A stretch of 64,000 bases of DNA from a virus. Position 1 is the first letter of the stretch. Each line of letters begins with the position of its first letter. Position numbers and translations under genes: made by a program. The notes beneath the pieces were generated by a model. It saw only the letters and a program-made list of their open reading frames with translations, had not been told where the DNA came from and ran no database searches. Positions 26,343 through 37,800 of this stretch are shown here, piece by piece. The stretch lies in the IMG/VR virus record IMGVR_UViG_3300008111_000001; one strand, written 5' to 3'.

Positions 26343-29300
26343 ATGTTAGGAAAAATAGCTAGCTTCCTAGAAAGACGAAAGCAAGAGATTCCTGAATATG
26401 AATCTTTTACTGACTATATGGCTGCGTACCTGTCTCCTTTGTCCCCAGAAAAGCAGGTTAGGGCAGCTAGAAGAATAATGACTAAAATACCTAGTGGTCG
26501 ACTAATGGAACCATTTGTTGATCCAGCTGATAATATTTTAAAATATAGAGCATCTTACTTTGATCCAGAAGAGCAAGGCAGAAAGGTTTTCAATAGCGTA
26601 GACGACGCCATAGAGTATTTCTCTGCCCTGCATCTTACTGAAGTTTACAGACTATCAAAAGATGAAGTTCCAGTGGTTTATAGGGGTTATGGTCAGGTTA
26701 TAAGGGAGATAGAAAAGGTCGCTAGGGAAAAGAAACTTTTTGGAATAGAAGATCTTGAAATGAACATTGCCATCCATAAGGGTGGGCTTGATACTCAACA
26801 GGGCGCTGAGGCACTAAAAGCATTTTTTGATGCACAAAAATCAAAAGGCTACGGTTTACTTTTACCTACGGACGATGGTGGTATTGCATTAAATTTAGTT
26901 GCTACAATCGCTGGAAAAAAACAGACACTAGGATTAGATCAAACCTTAGAACTAATGCAGGCAGCAAATGTTTCGATCATAGATCCAGACGTATTGGAAG
27001 AAGCTATGAAATCTGGAAATAAAAAACTGTCTTCTTTAATTCAAAAGTTAGATAAAAGATTACGTGGCGTTTTGTCGCCAAGAGAAGTGTCCGTTTCTGG
27101 TGATGCACTAAGATCAATATTAGATGACGTTGGTAAGCCTGGTCTATCATTTGCTGATTCGATTCTTAACACAGATCCAGTGTTTGAGGCATTGGGGTTA
27201 GCTTTAGATGTTGATACGTTGAAAAATGTTTCAAAAATGAAAAACTCGGAAAAAGCCGCAGACGCAGCACAAAGAATAAGAGAGTCTTGGATGATTGGTG
27301 GCCAAGATAGATCTAAAGATTTTTATAAAATAATTTTAGATGAAGTAATTCAAGGGCAAAGCGGACCAAATAAAAAACTATTAGGTAAAGAAAGTCAAAT
27401 ATATTCAGATGTCAGTAGCTATTTGAAAATTGCTATGCAAGACGCCATAGATAGTGGGGAGGTGGATATTACTGTCGGAAAATATGGTACGGACGTTTTA
27501 AAAAGTAAGTTGGGATTATTAAAAGAGAGTTTAGAAAAAAGCGCAGCTGGTAACGAAAGTGCACTAGGAGAAATAGGTCAAAAATTTAGCATCATTGACG
27601 TCCTGCTTGATGAAATAGAAAAGGGATCAGACGGTTCTATGTTGATAAACGATCCGTACACTAGGGCTATTCAAAAAGGTTATCAGTCTGAAATAGATGA
27701 ATTGAACAAAAAATACGCACAGTCCACTAGTAGGCTAGAGAAAGAAAATATTCTTTTAAAGAGAATGGAAGTTGAAAGGTCAATGCGTCAGTTAGATGAG
27801 TCTAAAGGTTTGTCTCAAATAACTGTTCGAGGAAACGTTGTTTTTGATGCAGGGGATCAAACACGTCCTGCCAGAATATTTTCTTTAAAAGGCGCAGCAA
27901 TGAACGTTGAGTTTACTGGAAGATATACAAAATATTCCATCATTGCGCCAAAGGCGACTACCAAAAGAGAAACTAGAATATCTGGATTAACAGACATTTT
28001 AAACCTTTCTGGAACAGGTGAATCTAAGGGCGCAGTCTATGCAGACCCCATGCTTGACGCATTCCATTCAGCAGTATTTGGCTCACCTCAATCGCAACAG
28101 TTAGGTAGAGAGTATTCTGCGGCGTTGCAAAAAGAGTTAAATGAAATGTTAAAAGCAAACAGGATTGATGAAGGCGGAAAATTTTATCAATCTTTGTTAA
28201 AAGCTACTCAATCACAGTCTGAAGACATATTGGAGACCCAGCAGTTCTCACAAATGATGCACAGGACTATGGCAGAGGAAATACTTGAAATACATAGAAG
28301 CGGCGTTCCGTTAGATCAACATCCTAGGGCTATGAATAGAATTTTGGATTTTGCTCAAAAAGAGTTCTTTAAGATCAAAAAGGGAATTCCTCTACCAGTA
28401 ATGCCTGATGTTTACAGATTTGCTTTAAATGCTGAGTCCACTCAGGTTGGTATATCCAGTGGGAGAATGTTCTTAGATATGGCCGATCAAAATATTGCAA
28501 TGGATGAAGGATTTAGTCTTAGCACCACTCGTGTCAGATTCTCTAATCACAACCTATTAATGAGCGAAAGGGACGTTATTAGATTCCACCATGCTCTTGG
28601 TGGATTCGACCTTGACGACAAAGGCTTGCCGGTTCTTGGAACATATATGTCTAATGGTAAAAGACGTTTGGCTATGGCAATGGCTCGCCAGCCTACGGGT
28701 GCAGGTGAAATGATTGGCTTTGTTCGCTTTAATGATATTGAAAGTTATCAAGAGCTATTTGGGCATAACGCGGACTTCATGAAAACGTTAGGTCAAATGA
28801 TTTCAGATGAAGAGGAGAAGTTAGCGTATCTACAAGGTTCGGGTAGCTCTCCCACTTTGCAAAGATTAAATATATTAAAGCAGAATTTAGAAGGCAAATT
28901 TACATCTGAAGAAATGACACGAATTGATCAGTCTGGCTTATTGGATCAACTTGAGGATACGATAATAGATGTTAGAGATAGATTATATGGCGGAAAGGCT
29001 AGAACTTTTAATAGAGCATATTTTGAATCATTAGGTGTATTAAAGCAGGGCGCAAGTGCGGTTGATTTTTTTGCTGGGTCTAGATTGGTGGATTTTGCTG
29101 GAGTTGATCCAGGTTTAGCTTCTCTCGGTTTTCAAAAATTAAAAACTGAGGTCATGACAATGAATCTTGAAGATGATGTCTTTAAAGCTTTGGAACATCT
29201 TATGACAGATCAGCAAAAAACTCAACTAGGTGCAATTAGAAATCAAATACAAACCTTAAAAGCTCCAGCTTTTTCGGGGTTGCCAATACCAGGTTCCATT

Positions 29301-31412
29301 TACGATGATTCGACACAGCTAGCAGTACTGGAGCAAGCTCAAAAAGATTTAGATAAAGCTTCAAAAGATTTTTATAAAACGTTAAATAGTTTTGGATTAG
29401 ATAAAGACAAAACGGCCATTGCTATGAACAAATACTATCTTGAAACAATGGAAAAAGCTTCAACGGAAAACGCTAACAATCTTGGTAAGCATGTTAACAG
29501 GGCTACTGTAATTGCAGATGGTTTAAATCAATTCGAGAAAGCCTTTGGGTCTGATCAAGCAATCAACGATGCCCTTAGGCAAAAGGGCCTATTAATAGGC
29601 TTGCCATCGTCAGAAACCGCAGTGGACATGACTCAAACATTTACTTCCGGAAGATTAAAGTTAAAAATGGACGCTGAAGCCGCTGCCGATCTTAGATACG
29701 GTATGGATATTTTTAGAAGAATGTATGGAAATAACTTTGATTTGGAAGAGCACGGCGCAGAAATTGTTAGCAAGTATGGAGAAATGTTTGGTTACCTGCA
29801 GCACAGGGGGGACCAGCAATTTGTTCTGGATAAAGCTTTAATTAATTTCGGAAAGCTAAACCAAGATGACCTCAGATCTTTTGCTGAATCCTACATAAAA
29901 GGCGCTGAAGCAAGAATGGCTGAAGGAATAAAAACTGATGAAGATTTGACTGCGCTAAAGAATCTGTTTTCTAAGGGGGATGCTCCTAAAAAATCTCAAG
30001 TGATAAACGCACTAACAGATATAGGAGTAATTGGTAGAGGTAATCTTTCTAATACAATCGAAGTTGCCCAGCAAGCCGAAGATAGCATTAATGCAGCAAG
30101 AAAAAGATTTGGCGATAACATGAAGGAGTTAAGAGATACATTAACTTCTGGTATGGGTAAAAATGTCACTGAAGCACAGTTATCCGCAAAAGCTATTTTG
30201 GACGCAAATCAGGATATTTTTGATGAATTGATGCAAGCTAATGCCGCCTATAGAGAAACGCAAAAAATTCTTAAAGAAGGAATACAGGATGGTCAATTTA
30301 TCGATTCTGCTAGAAGAGCAGAATTGACTGTGGGCTCTGATCGAGCTAGGATAAGAGCGGAAATATTAAGAACTCAATTAGGTGATAGTTTCTTGAGCGG
30401 AATTAATGAGGTTAGATCACAGAGAGCTTTAACTGGATTTAATCTAATAAATGCACTTCAGTTGGAGGCTTTAGATCGTGGAATGAGCTCATATGTTTTT
30501 GAACAGCTAACAGATTTAACAGAGAATTCAAATGAAGAGTTTGCTAACTTTTTTGCTAGAGTTAATGCAGCTAAAAGAAATAAAGCAGCTTATACAAAAG
30601 CTACTTCAAATATGCAAGTTAGAAATATTGTTGACAATTTCTTTAATGCTACCTCGTCTATGAGAGATGTGCTTCTTAGGGATATTTCTGGAGGAGGAAT
30701 TTTAGATCTTTCTCAGTATGGTGATGTTTCAGGGATGTTTGCAGACTTGGGTGTTGATATGCAACAGTTGGGCCAGGCTGTTGGAAAAGGGGTTGAAGAC
30801 ACTACGGATGAAAATATAAAAATTATATCCAATGCGATAAGAGCTAGAGCTTTATATGAAAGAGATATTTTGGATCCAGCAGTAGATGACTTTTTGAACG
30901 GTCAGATATCTGCAGATAAAGTGGTTGGCAAGAAAGACAGACCTAAGGGTATAGTTGGAGATGTTTTAAGGGAGCTTGATGAGCAGTCTCCATCAAATGT
31001 AAATCCATCTAAATTTAAACGTTTAGATATGGATTATTTGACAGAACAATTTTCTAAGCCTTCCGTTCAAAAAACGGCTATCGCAGCTGGCCTTTTGATA
31101 GCAGGAAGCTTTCTTTACCAAAATAAAAAAGATAAGACAACAGAAGACGCAGCAGGGCCACCACTGCTTCCTGGCGGATCAGCATATGAGCAAGGATACC
31201 CTAGTCCCAATGTTTCTGTTCCACAAATTGGTGGTGGCGGATATTCTTCCGGAATGAGCTATAAGGTTTCCTTATATGGTTCGAGGCAAGATGTTGAAAG
31301 GTTCCAACAAGCAGCTTCTGGACTTACTAATGGATCGATTAACAGTACTATGTATAATAGGATCCCCAGTGTGACGTCTGATCCATATCAGCAGCTCGCT
31401 AGCTCATTTTAA
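26343..31412 (+). CDS. Putative virion single-subunit two-barrel RNA polymerase-like protein with C-terminal membrane helix
   Basis: Ordered motifs resembling YonO/cellular RdRP: KLDKRL....S (aa 235-245), SDGSMLIN (D430), ITVRG..LKG..IIAPKATTK (R496, K516, K541), LGGFDLDDK (D756, D758, D759), MARQP (R782), NLGKHVN....IAD (1047-1059), TAVD (D1095). Confidence 0.6.
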   Translation: MLGKIASFLERRKQEIPEYESFTDYMAAYLSPLSPEKQVRAARRIMTKIPSGRLMEPFVDPADNILKYRASYFDPEEQGRKVFNSVDDAIEYFSALHLTEVYRLSKDEVPVVYRGYGQVIREIEKVAREKKLFGIEDLEMNIAIHKGGLDTQQGAEALKAFFDAQKSKGYGLLLPTDDGGIALNLVATIAGKKQTLGLDQTLELMQAANVSIIDPDVLEEAMKSGNKKLSSLIQKLDKRLRGVLSPREVSVSGDALRSILDDVGKPGLSFADSILNTDPVFEALGLALDVDTLKNVSKMKNSEKAADAAQRIRESWMIGGQDRSKDFYKIILDEVIQGQSGPNKKLLGKESQIYSDVSSYLKIAMQDAIDSGEVDITVGKYGTDVLKSKLGLLKESLEKSAAGNESALGEIGQKFSIIDVLLDEIEKGSDGSMLINDPYTRAIQKGYQSEIDELNKKYAQSTSRLEKENILLKRMEVERSMRQLDESKGLSQITVRGNVVFDAGDQTRPARIFSLKGAAMNVEFTGRYTKYSIIAPKATTKRETRISGLTDILNLSGTGESKGAVYADPMLDAFHSAVFGSPQSQQLGREYSAALQKELNEMLKANRIDEGGKFYQSLLKATQSQSEDILETQQFSQMMHRTMAEEILEIHRSGVPLDQHPRAMNRILDFAQKEFFKIKKGIPLPVMPDVYRFALNAESTQVGISSGRMFLDMADQNIAMDEGFSLSTTRVRFSNHNLLMSERDVIRFHHALGGFDLDDKGLPVLGTYMSNGKRRLAMAMARQPTGAGEMIGFVRFNDIESYQELFGHNADFMKTLGQMISDEEEKLAYLQGSGSSPTLQRLNILKQNLEGKFTSEEMTRIDQSGLLDQLEDTIIDVRDRLYGGKARTFNRAYFESLGVLKQGASAVDFFAGSRLVDFAGVDPGLASLGFQKLKTEVMTMNLEDDVFKALEHLMTDQQKTQLGAIRNQIQTLKAPAFSGLPIPGSIYDDSTQLAVLEQAQKDLDKASKDFYKTLNSFGLDKDKTAIAMNKYYLETMEKASTENANNLGKHVNRATVIADGLNQFEKAFGSDQAINDALRQKGLLIGLPSSETAVDMTQTFTSGRLKLKMDAEAAADLRYGMDIFRRMYGNNFDLEEHGAEIVSKYGEMFGYLQHRGDQQFVLDKALINFGKLNQDDLRSFAESYIKGAEARMAEGIKTDEDLTALKNLFSKGDAPKKSQVINALTDIGVIGRGNLSNTIEVAQQAEDSINAARKRFGDNMKELRDTLTSGMGKNVTEAQLSAKAILDANQDIFDELMQANAAYRETQKILKEGIQDGQFIDSARRAELTVGSDRARIRAEILRTQLGDSFLSGINEVRSQRALTGFNLINALQLEALDRGMSSYVFEQLTDLTENSNEEFANFFARVNAAKRNKAAYTKATSNMQVRNIVDNFFNATSSMRDVLLRDISGGGILDLSQYGDVSGMFADLGVDMQQLGQAVGKGVEDTTDENIKIISNAIRARALYERDILDPAVDDFLNGQISADKVVGKKDRPKGIVGDVLRELDEQSPSNVNPSKFKRLDMDYLTEQFSKPSVQKTAIAAGLLIAGSFLYQNKKDKTTEDAAGPPLLPGGSAYEQGYPSPNVSVPQIGGGGYSSGMSYKVSLYGSRQDVERFQQAASGLTNGSINSTMYNRIPSVTSDPYQQLASSF

Positions 31413-31422
31413 GGTTAATTAG

Positions 31423-31869
31423 ATGATATTAAGTGTTAAAGATCAAAACAAAACTTTAGCCTCCGCTGCCAAACAGCCAAAAGATACATCCCATAGAAGC
31501 ATAACCGCAAATAAGTATGCAGCGAAGATAGCTTCTAGTAAAAGTCCTTCTAAAAATGTTGTATCTGAGTCACGTCAAAAAATCCAAGCATCGGGACAAT
31601 CAGATAAGGTCCGAGGTTCTTTTGAGGGCTTAGAAAATTCTTCGCCTGCTCATATTCTCATGGATGGGAGTGGCTATAGTGGCAAAAGACATCAGAAGGC
31701 CAGATATTCTAAGAATATTAATACTAAATTAGGTGGTAATTTTAACTTTAATTCTTTTACAAAGGAAACAAAAAGTAGTATAATAGATAACTATAGTTCT
31801 TCCACTATGAAAGATTCTTCTAGTGAAAGATTGTCTAAGATTATTAAGAATAACATGGCATTTGCCTAA
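31423..31869 (+). CDS. Small basic Lys/Ser-rich hypothetical protein
   Basis: ORF with AAGG upstream; strongly basic, low-complexity composition. Confidence 0.45.
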   Translation: MILSVKDQNKTLASAAKQPKDTSHRSITANKYAAKIASSKSPSKNVVSESRQKIQASGQSDKVRGSFEGLENSSPAHILMDGSGYSGKRHQKARYSKNINTKLGGNFNFNSFTKETKSSIIDNYSSSTMKDSSSERLSKIIKNNMAFA

Positions 31870-31877
31870 GGTGAGAT

Positions 31878-34800
31878 ATGTCTAATATTGAGCAATCAGA
31901 AAATGAAGAAGAGCAGAATTTAAACTCATCTGATCCGTTGTCATACGATTACAGTAGCAAAGCTTTTGTAAATATGATAATGATTGGCCCACTTGGCTTG
32001 ACTAATAGCCTGGATAGCATTACGGATAATCCAGCAGAAGCTATTAAAAGATTCTTTTCTTTAACAAGACCAGATGTCATTCCTGATATAGATACTTTAA
32101 AGGATGGTCAGGCAGAAGACTTCAAGTCGGACCGGGACAATTATTCAAATAGAATAGAGGCTACCACTAGAGTGTTTACATCTGGTGGGACTCTGTCGTC
32201 GCTTGTTGACGACGGTGCATTGTTAATTAACTTATATAAAAGATTAGAATCTACAGGTTTACTGTATTTGGCTTCGTTTGCTTATGAAATAAGTGAGTTC
32301 GGCAAGAGGAGGCTGCAAAATGTTTATATGACTCAAAAGTCATTAGACTATCATGTAGATCCAGCAGTAGATACTGAGTGGCTCACTCTTTTAAGTCAGG
32401 TTGTTTATAATCTCCAGGCAGATCCTATATCTTTTTCTATTATAAATCATTACCTTCCCGGTTTAATGACATTTGTCTTTGATGCCCTAGCTGTAACTGG
32501 AGATTATTCAAACGCAGGAAAAGGCGGTGGAAGCGAAGACACTCTTAATAGAGAAGAAGACGCTGTTGAAGAATTAGAAAAAGCTTTTGGTGTTGCTCCA
32601 AATGGTGAACCAATATTCACTATGGCATTTAGGATTAATGGTGGAAATACTTCTGCAAGAATTCGCAAAGCGATAGAAGACTTCCCATATAGAGCAAATA
32701 TACCTCCTAAGAAACCTGATATTTTTCATTTACGTTTAGGCGCAGCAAACTTTTATGTACCGCCTATTTCCGTAACAGTCAACTCTGCATTCAAAACTGG
32801 ATCTCTTACAGGTGGGGCAATCAGACAAAGAAACACGCCAAAATATAATGCAGGATACAAAGAAACCTCAATTTCATTAAGATTATTTTTTCCAAACTAT
32901 GAAGAAATATGGGGCATGCACATAAGCGATGCTTCATCAATAGATCTTAAAGAAGGTTTTAAAATAGATTTTAAGAATTCTGGTGATTCAGAAGAAAAGA
33001 TAGATAAGTTCTTATCTTCTTTGCGTGGACTAATAGCAGCTTTTAAATACTCCCCGATACTGCCAATAAAAAATGATTACATAAACTCTGTTCATGGAAT
33101 CTCGGCGGTTGCACTATCTTCAATGTCTATTTCTACAGTTCCTAATTATCCATTTTCTCTGATGGTTGATCTGGAGCTATTTGCCTATAATCACAAGCCA
33201 TTCTTGCCAATGATTAAAGATTTTAACCAAGCAATTCACTGGGGCAAATACAGACAGTATATGGGCAAGGCTGCCGGCGCAATGCACAAATATGCCAATG
33301 AATCATTTTTGCTGAAAACTTCTGATAATAGAAACTCTGAAGAAACGCAAGATAATACTGGCATCATCCGCGATGGTTCTTATATATATCAAACGAGCCC
33401 TTATGGCGCATCCCTGACAAGTGAATCTGCTTTAGTGGATTCGTCTTTGACAGATGATACCTTGGAATTACTAAACACATATGAGGATGATGTTTTATAT
33501 ACTAATATAATTTCTCAATGGCGAGATGGTAGTAATTTAAGTTTTTACACTCCCGCTGAAACACAAACTAAAATGTTTTTACCTGACACTTCTTCATTTA
33601 GAAGTGAACAGGAAAAAATTCTAAATCAAGAAAGCTATGGGTTGTGGAATGGCTTATTGGCAAAATTTGGGATTGAAATTTCTCCTAATACGCCAGCAAT
33701 TCGTGACTTGGGTCAAATGAAGTCTCTTTCTTTAGAGCCAACATTCCCCCCATCCACAAGGACACTTGTTCGAGAATTCGTAGATATAGTTACCGCTGGC
33801 GTCAGCCAAACGGACTATAGAGATGGAATCTATAAATATAAAATGCAATCGTTTATTTCAAGCAATTTGACTAAACTGACTGCAGAAGAAAAAGAATGGC
33901 TTTTAAATTATTTAACACCAGATGAAATGCCATTTGATGCAGATTATTTTACTCAATATTCAACAGAGGGATCATATATATTAAATGATCCAGTTTTTAA
34001 TAATGAAAACGATAATGTAAGTTTAAACTTTGTTAAAAGAAGTATATGGAATTCAGTTCTTAATTCAGGAAATGTTATAGATACTTTGATTGTCGAAGAG
34101 ACCGAAAGAAGAAAAATTTTAGGTACTGAATCAACGCTTCCCGATGAAGAAAAGATTCGTCAACAAGTAACCGATGCTTTCTTAGTTTCGCTTTACAATC
34201 GCTTTTTTTCTGATGGTTACGTTCAAAATTTAATGAATGCTAAACGTTTGAAAGAAGGAGATTATCACTTCCAGGAGTGGGAAGTTCCGATGAATCGAGT
34301 AGATCTAGATCCTAAGAAAGCTATAGTTAACGGTGTTAGCGTAAGCCTTGGAAATAATCTTGCAAAACTACAAGTACAGATGCAAGAAGAGCCTACTTAT
34401 CAATATATAGGTGGAAAAGATTCGTATATCAATATATCCATGACTGTTTTTGGTGAAAGAGAACTCTATAAGATTAGAGCAATCTTTGACCATATCAATA
34501 GTTTGGCAAGACTAGAGCATTCTACTGGTGTTATTGGTTTCTTAGGAATCAAAAACATTATTAGCGCACTATGTGGAATTAAGTATGTTATCCCACTTAA
34601 CTTTAAAGTTGATACCATACCTAATTATCCACATGTCTATAATGTTCAGTTAAGTTTTGTGGACTTTGATATATTTCAGCAGCAACGAGAAAAGCTATCA
34701 TCAAAGCAGCAACGCGATTTTATTGATCATTTTGGATCAAAGAGAAATCCTTTCCTAAGAATTAAGCAATTGTGGGGAGCATTTAATGCATACCCCGATA

Positions 34801-37800
34801 TGCCGCTGGAAGTTCGCGATAAAGAAAATGAAGTAGTTGGCAATTTAGATCCAGATTTCTATTTCAGAAGTTTTGAAATGTTTGATAAAGATGTCATTAA
34901 TAATTTTATCTACCAACCAGATATAACAAAAGATTTTAAATTTGATTATAGTGATGACTGGGCAAAAGTTGGAGACGCTCGTGCTATAGAAATTAGAAAA
35001 AATCAAGTCAAAAATAGGATCACAGATTTTCTTAGAAGATACGCCTATAGGGATGTAGCAAATGAACCATTTGCTGCAGCACAAAGGGCAACTAATAATA
35101 AAACATTGATTAATGAAATAATAGACTACGTTAACACTAGTGGTATAAGTGTTCATAATTTTATTAGCCTTTTCAAAGAAGTAGTGCAAGCGGAAACTTC
35201 TGAGTTTGAAACTTCGCAAAAGCAAGCTCTATTAACCGATTATATTTTCATTGCTGCTCAATCAACTGAAGATAGTCCAGTATTTGATGAGGTTTCTGGA
35301 GCTGGATATTCTGTCGGGAACATTAATTATTCTGGTGCTGAAACGTTAAATCTAATTAAACAGGTTTTGACAGATTCTCATTTAGCTAATGAGACAGAGG
35401 TTAGTTTTAATCCAGATGAAGTAGATTTCCATAAAGTTATATATATGATTCCGGCAACAAATCCGCAAGAAACTGGATCTGAATCAGAGATACCAGCAAT
35501 GATGCAATCCGCATTAGGTACTCATTTTGGTTATATCAATAAAGATAATGGAAGATTCTACCTAACAGTTGATGGCTCGAATGTTCACATAGATGATAAT
35601 GGGGATAAAAGATTATCAGAAAATCAAATTGAAGATACACAAACTCCAGATAAAGGATGCACAAACACTCTTACTGGAGTTGAAGGTGTTCAATCATTGG
35701 ATAAATATCAAAAAGCATATGATGGCTCTTTTGGCGGTCACATACAAAAAATGATGAACGACGTCCAGTATAGAGACATATCCGGAAGAATGATTAGAGC
35801 ATTTCCTACGTACATGCTGTGGCTCATCGATGAAGGTGGTTTTTTTGCTGGCGTTAAATTGTTTGACAATTTCTACGGATTACAATCCATAGTTGACTTC
35901 TCTGTTGTTTCCTCAGAAGATCTTTTGGGTGATACCCTAATATTTAGGGTGTCCAATATGTATTCAAAGTTGACTACACGTCCTTCAACTGAAATTTTTA
36001 ACTCTAGAGACAATCAGCCAAATGATGCTCCCATAGATTTTACCCAAGGAATTGAGTCTATCTTAGATAGAACTCTAAATATAGCTAAAAATATTGTTTC
36101 TGGTATGAGAAATGACTATGTAGTAGACATAAATAATATTAGATTAAAGCCTGGTGTTCGCGTACATTTGAGAGTTGGTTATGGGGCTAATCCAAACTCT
36201 CTACAAACAGTTTTTAATGGCGTAATAACAAACGTTGAGCAAGGTGAAATTGTAACAGTAACTGCACAGTCTGATGCTATTGAGCTTGGAGCAATAGTTA
36301 ACTCTACAAATAAAAAGGGTGACACGGGTAAGATAGATGGTGGCGTAGATACTGGAATGTATTTGTCGGAGCCTAGAGATCTTATGGTCAGACTGCTTTC
36401 AATGGGGGCATCTAGATTTAGAGAAGCTTTTGCTAGAGCTACAAATGGAACGGTATTTTCTGAAAACAGATTTGGAATTCGTCACTTTGGCTCGACACTA
36501 TATGAGCCTTTAAGCGATTCAGAAAGAGCAAGGGCAGACGGAATTAGAAATGTTGTAGCAAGTGTTTATTCTAATCTTGGTCAAGGAGATGTTGGCGGAG
36601 CTGCCAACGCAGCGTCATTTAAATTGGCAACTAATGTATTCCAAAGAAATCCCGTCAACGCATTTTTTGGGGATGGAAAAATTATGACCAGTATGGGTCA
36701 ATTAATGTCCAACTTCTGCGCAGAAGTTGATTTGGAAATTTTTAAAAGAAATATTTATCCAGGAAACGGAACAGGTTTTGCTCAATTCCTTGGTGGCGAT
36801 ATAGATGACGGATGGTTAACCGCTTCTTCATTAGTGGAAGAAGACGACAAAAAATTAAAAGGACAGGCATACCTTGAAAGAGGCGTGGACAGATCGTGGA
36901 ATAGATTAATAGTAGAGGCTCAAAATGAGTCAGTTTCAGCAAGAACAGCTATTGCAACGATGACTTCCGGTAATCAATTAGTGTCCGCTGAAGGCAGAGC
37001 TAATGCAACAAAGAATGTATTGATGGGCGGATTGGCTGGTTCTATAGGTCTCATCCCTGGAGTGAGTTTTGCTGCTGGTGCAGGTCTTTCTGGTGGCGGA
37101 TTATTTGGCTTATTAAGAGGAAGAGGCGGCACTAACCTTTTCAGAACATTGGGAATTCTTGCACCGAACGCTGATGATGATTTGCCCGGTTTTGATGAAG
37201 TTTCATTTAGGGCTCAAACATACATGAGAACGGTATGGGATCTTTTCCAGGTATGCGCTAGGTTGCTACCTAATTATATTGTTGCTATTAGGCCCTTCGA
37301 GGACAGGTCCACTATATTCTACGGTAAACCTCATTGGCTTTATACTTCTGGTGTCGTACCGGTAACTACTGGATTCCCTAGTACCGAAAGAGGTTCGGAG
37401 TTAGAATTGCCAGGGTATCCAAGGTACCGTTCGCCGGACGAAGATATTGAAAATATTATGAACAATATTAATAGATCAAGTAATACATTAGCTGATTACG
37501 AAGCATTCAAGAGATCCAATGAATTGTCTGACACAATGGCAAGTTTAGCCAGCGATCAACTAAATGCCGAGGGGATATATAAGCCTACAGCATTTTTGAA
37601 AGAAAAGTTAATTAACTTTAATTCACCATTGGCTTCAAGTTTTTCTGAAACACAAGAAGATGGCTCAACCAGAATAGTGGCAAAACTGCCAGCTGTTGTT
37701 GGATTAACTAGAGTCGGATTCCATCTTCCAGTTGGAGACCCAGCTACAACTATAGCTCCAGCAACAGAGTCACACGCTCAGTTGGATAATCTTCCGCCAA

